Source: Callorhinchus milii
Lineage: Eukaryota
Direction: 5' to 3'
NCBI RefSeq assembly: GCF_018977255.1
Contig: NW_024704742.1
Location: 13,518,001 to 13,582,000, forward strand
Length of the DNA stretch: 64,000 nt
Shown: piece by piece, positions 63,860-64,000 of the stretch
Layout of the letters: each line of letters starts with the position of its first letter
Position numbering within the stretch: position 1 is the stretch's first letter
The notes under the pieces: model-generated
Told to the model about the DNA's origin: nothing
The model's database searches: none
Seen by the model: the letters and a program-made list of their open reading frames with translations, nothing else
Position numbers and translations under genes: made by a program

Positions 63860-64000
63860 ACAACAGAACCGACCGTTCTGATGAAGGTTTGCGGACCCGA
63901 AATGTTGACTCACTTTCCTTTCTCCATAGATGCTACCTGACCTGCTGAGTGTTCCCAGCGACTTCTGTTTTTGTTTCAAACTTGTTTCAAACAGCATCTG
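63860..64000 (+). mobile_element. Second Penelope-type hammerhead-bearing repeat (runs to the window end)
   Basis: CTGATGA at 63878-63884, stem GGTT/GACC, GAAA at 63899-63902. The downstream actcacttt..tctccata.atgct.cctgacct...tgttcccagcgacttctgttt matches 31309-31371. Confidence 0.72.

Overview
Repeat-rich vertebrate genomic DNA, most likely from a cartilaginous fish; this is inferred from the CR1 and L2 LINEs, the Deu-type tRNA SINEs and the Penelope-type hammerhead repeats. The only host gene I can support is the 3' part of FBXO41 on the + strand. Six GT-AG exons (1369-1521, 9786-9881, 12340-12458, 15885-16043, 20084-20199, 23225-23284) splice in frame into the recognisable C-terminus ending ...ALKKRPGFAKILHIKAEGM*. 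The rest is nested, decayed CR1/L2 LINEs, many tRNA-Ala-derived SINEs with L2-like tails, three multi-kb minisatellites, a Tx1/L1-like ORF1 zinc-knuckle remnant and an LTR-element integrase remnant followed by possible env traces. The best leads are: (i) a TSD-flanked Penelope-type hammerhead ribozyme cassette in sense orientation in the putative ~9 kb FBXO41 3' UTR, with a second copy at the window end; (ii) an inverted minisatellite pair bracketing a frame-symmetric 96-nt exon; (iii) an array of ACUAAY motifs straight after the stop codon; (iv) the retrovirus-like integrase/env remnant; (v) a minisatellite that grew out of L2 coding sequence. I cannot demonstrate a new biological system, so these are hypotheses. 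Exon coordinates are exact; transposon and repeat boundaries are approximate. Family names come from recalled motifs, not database searches.
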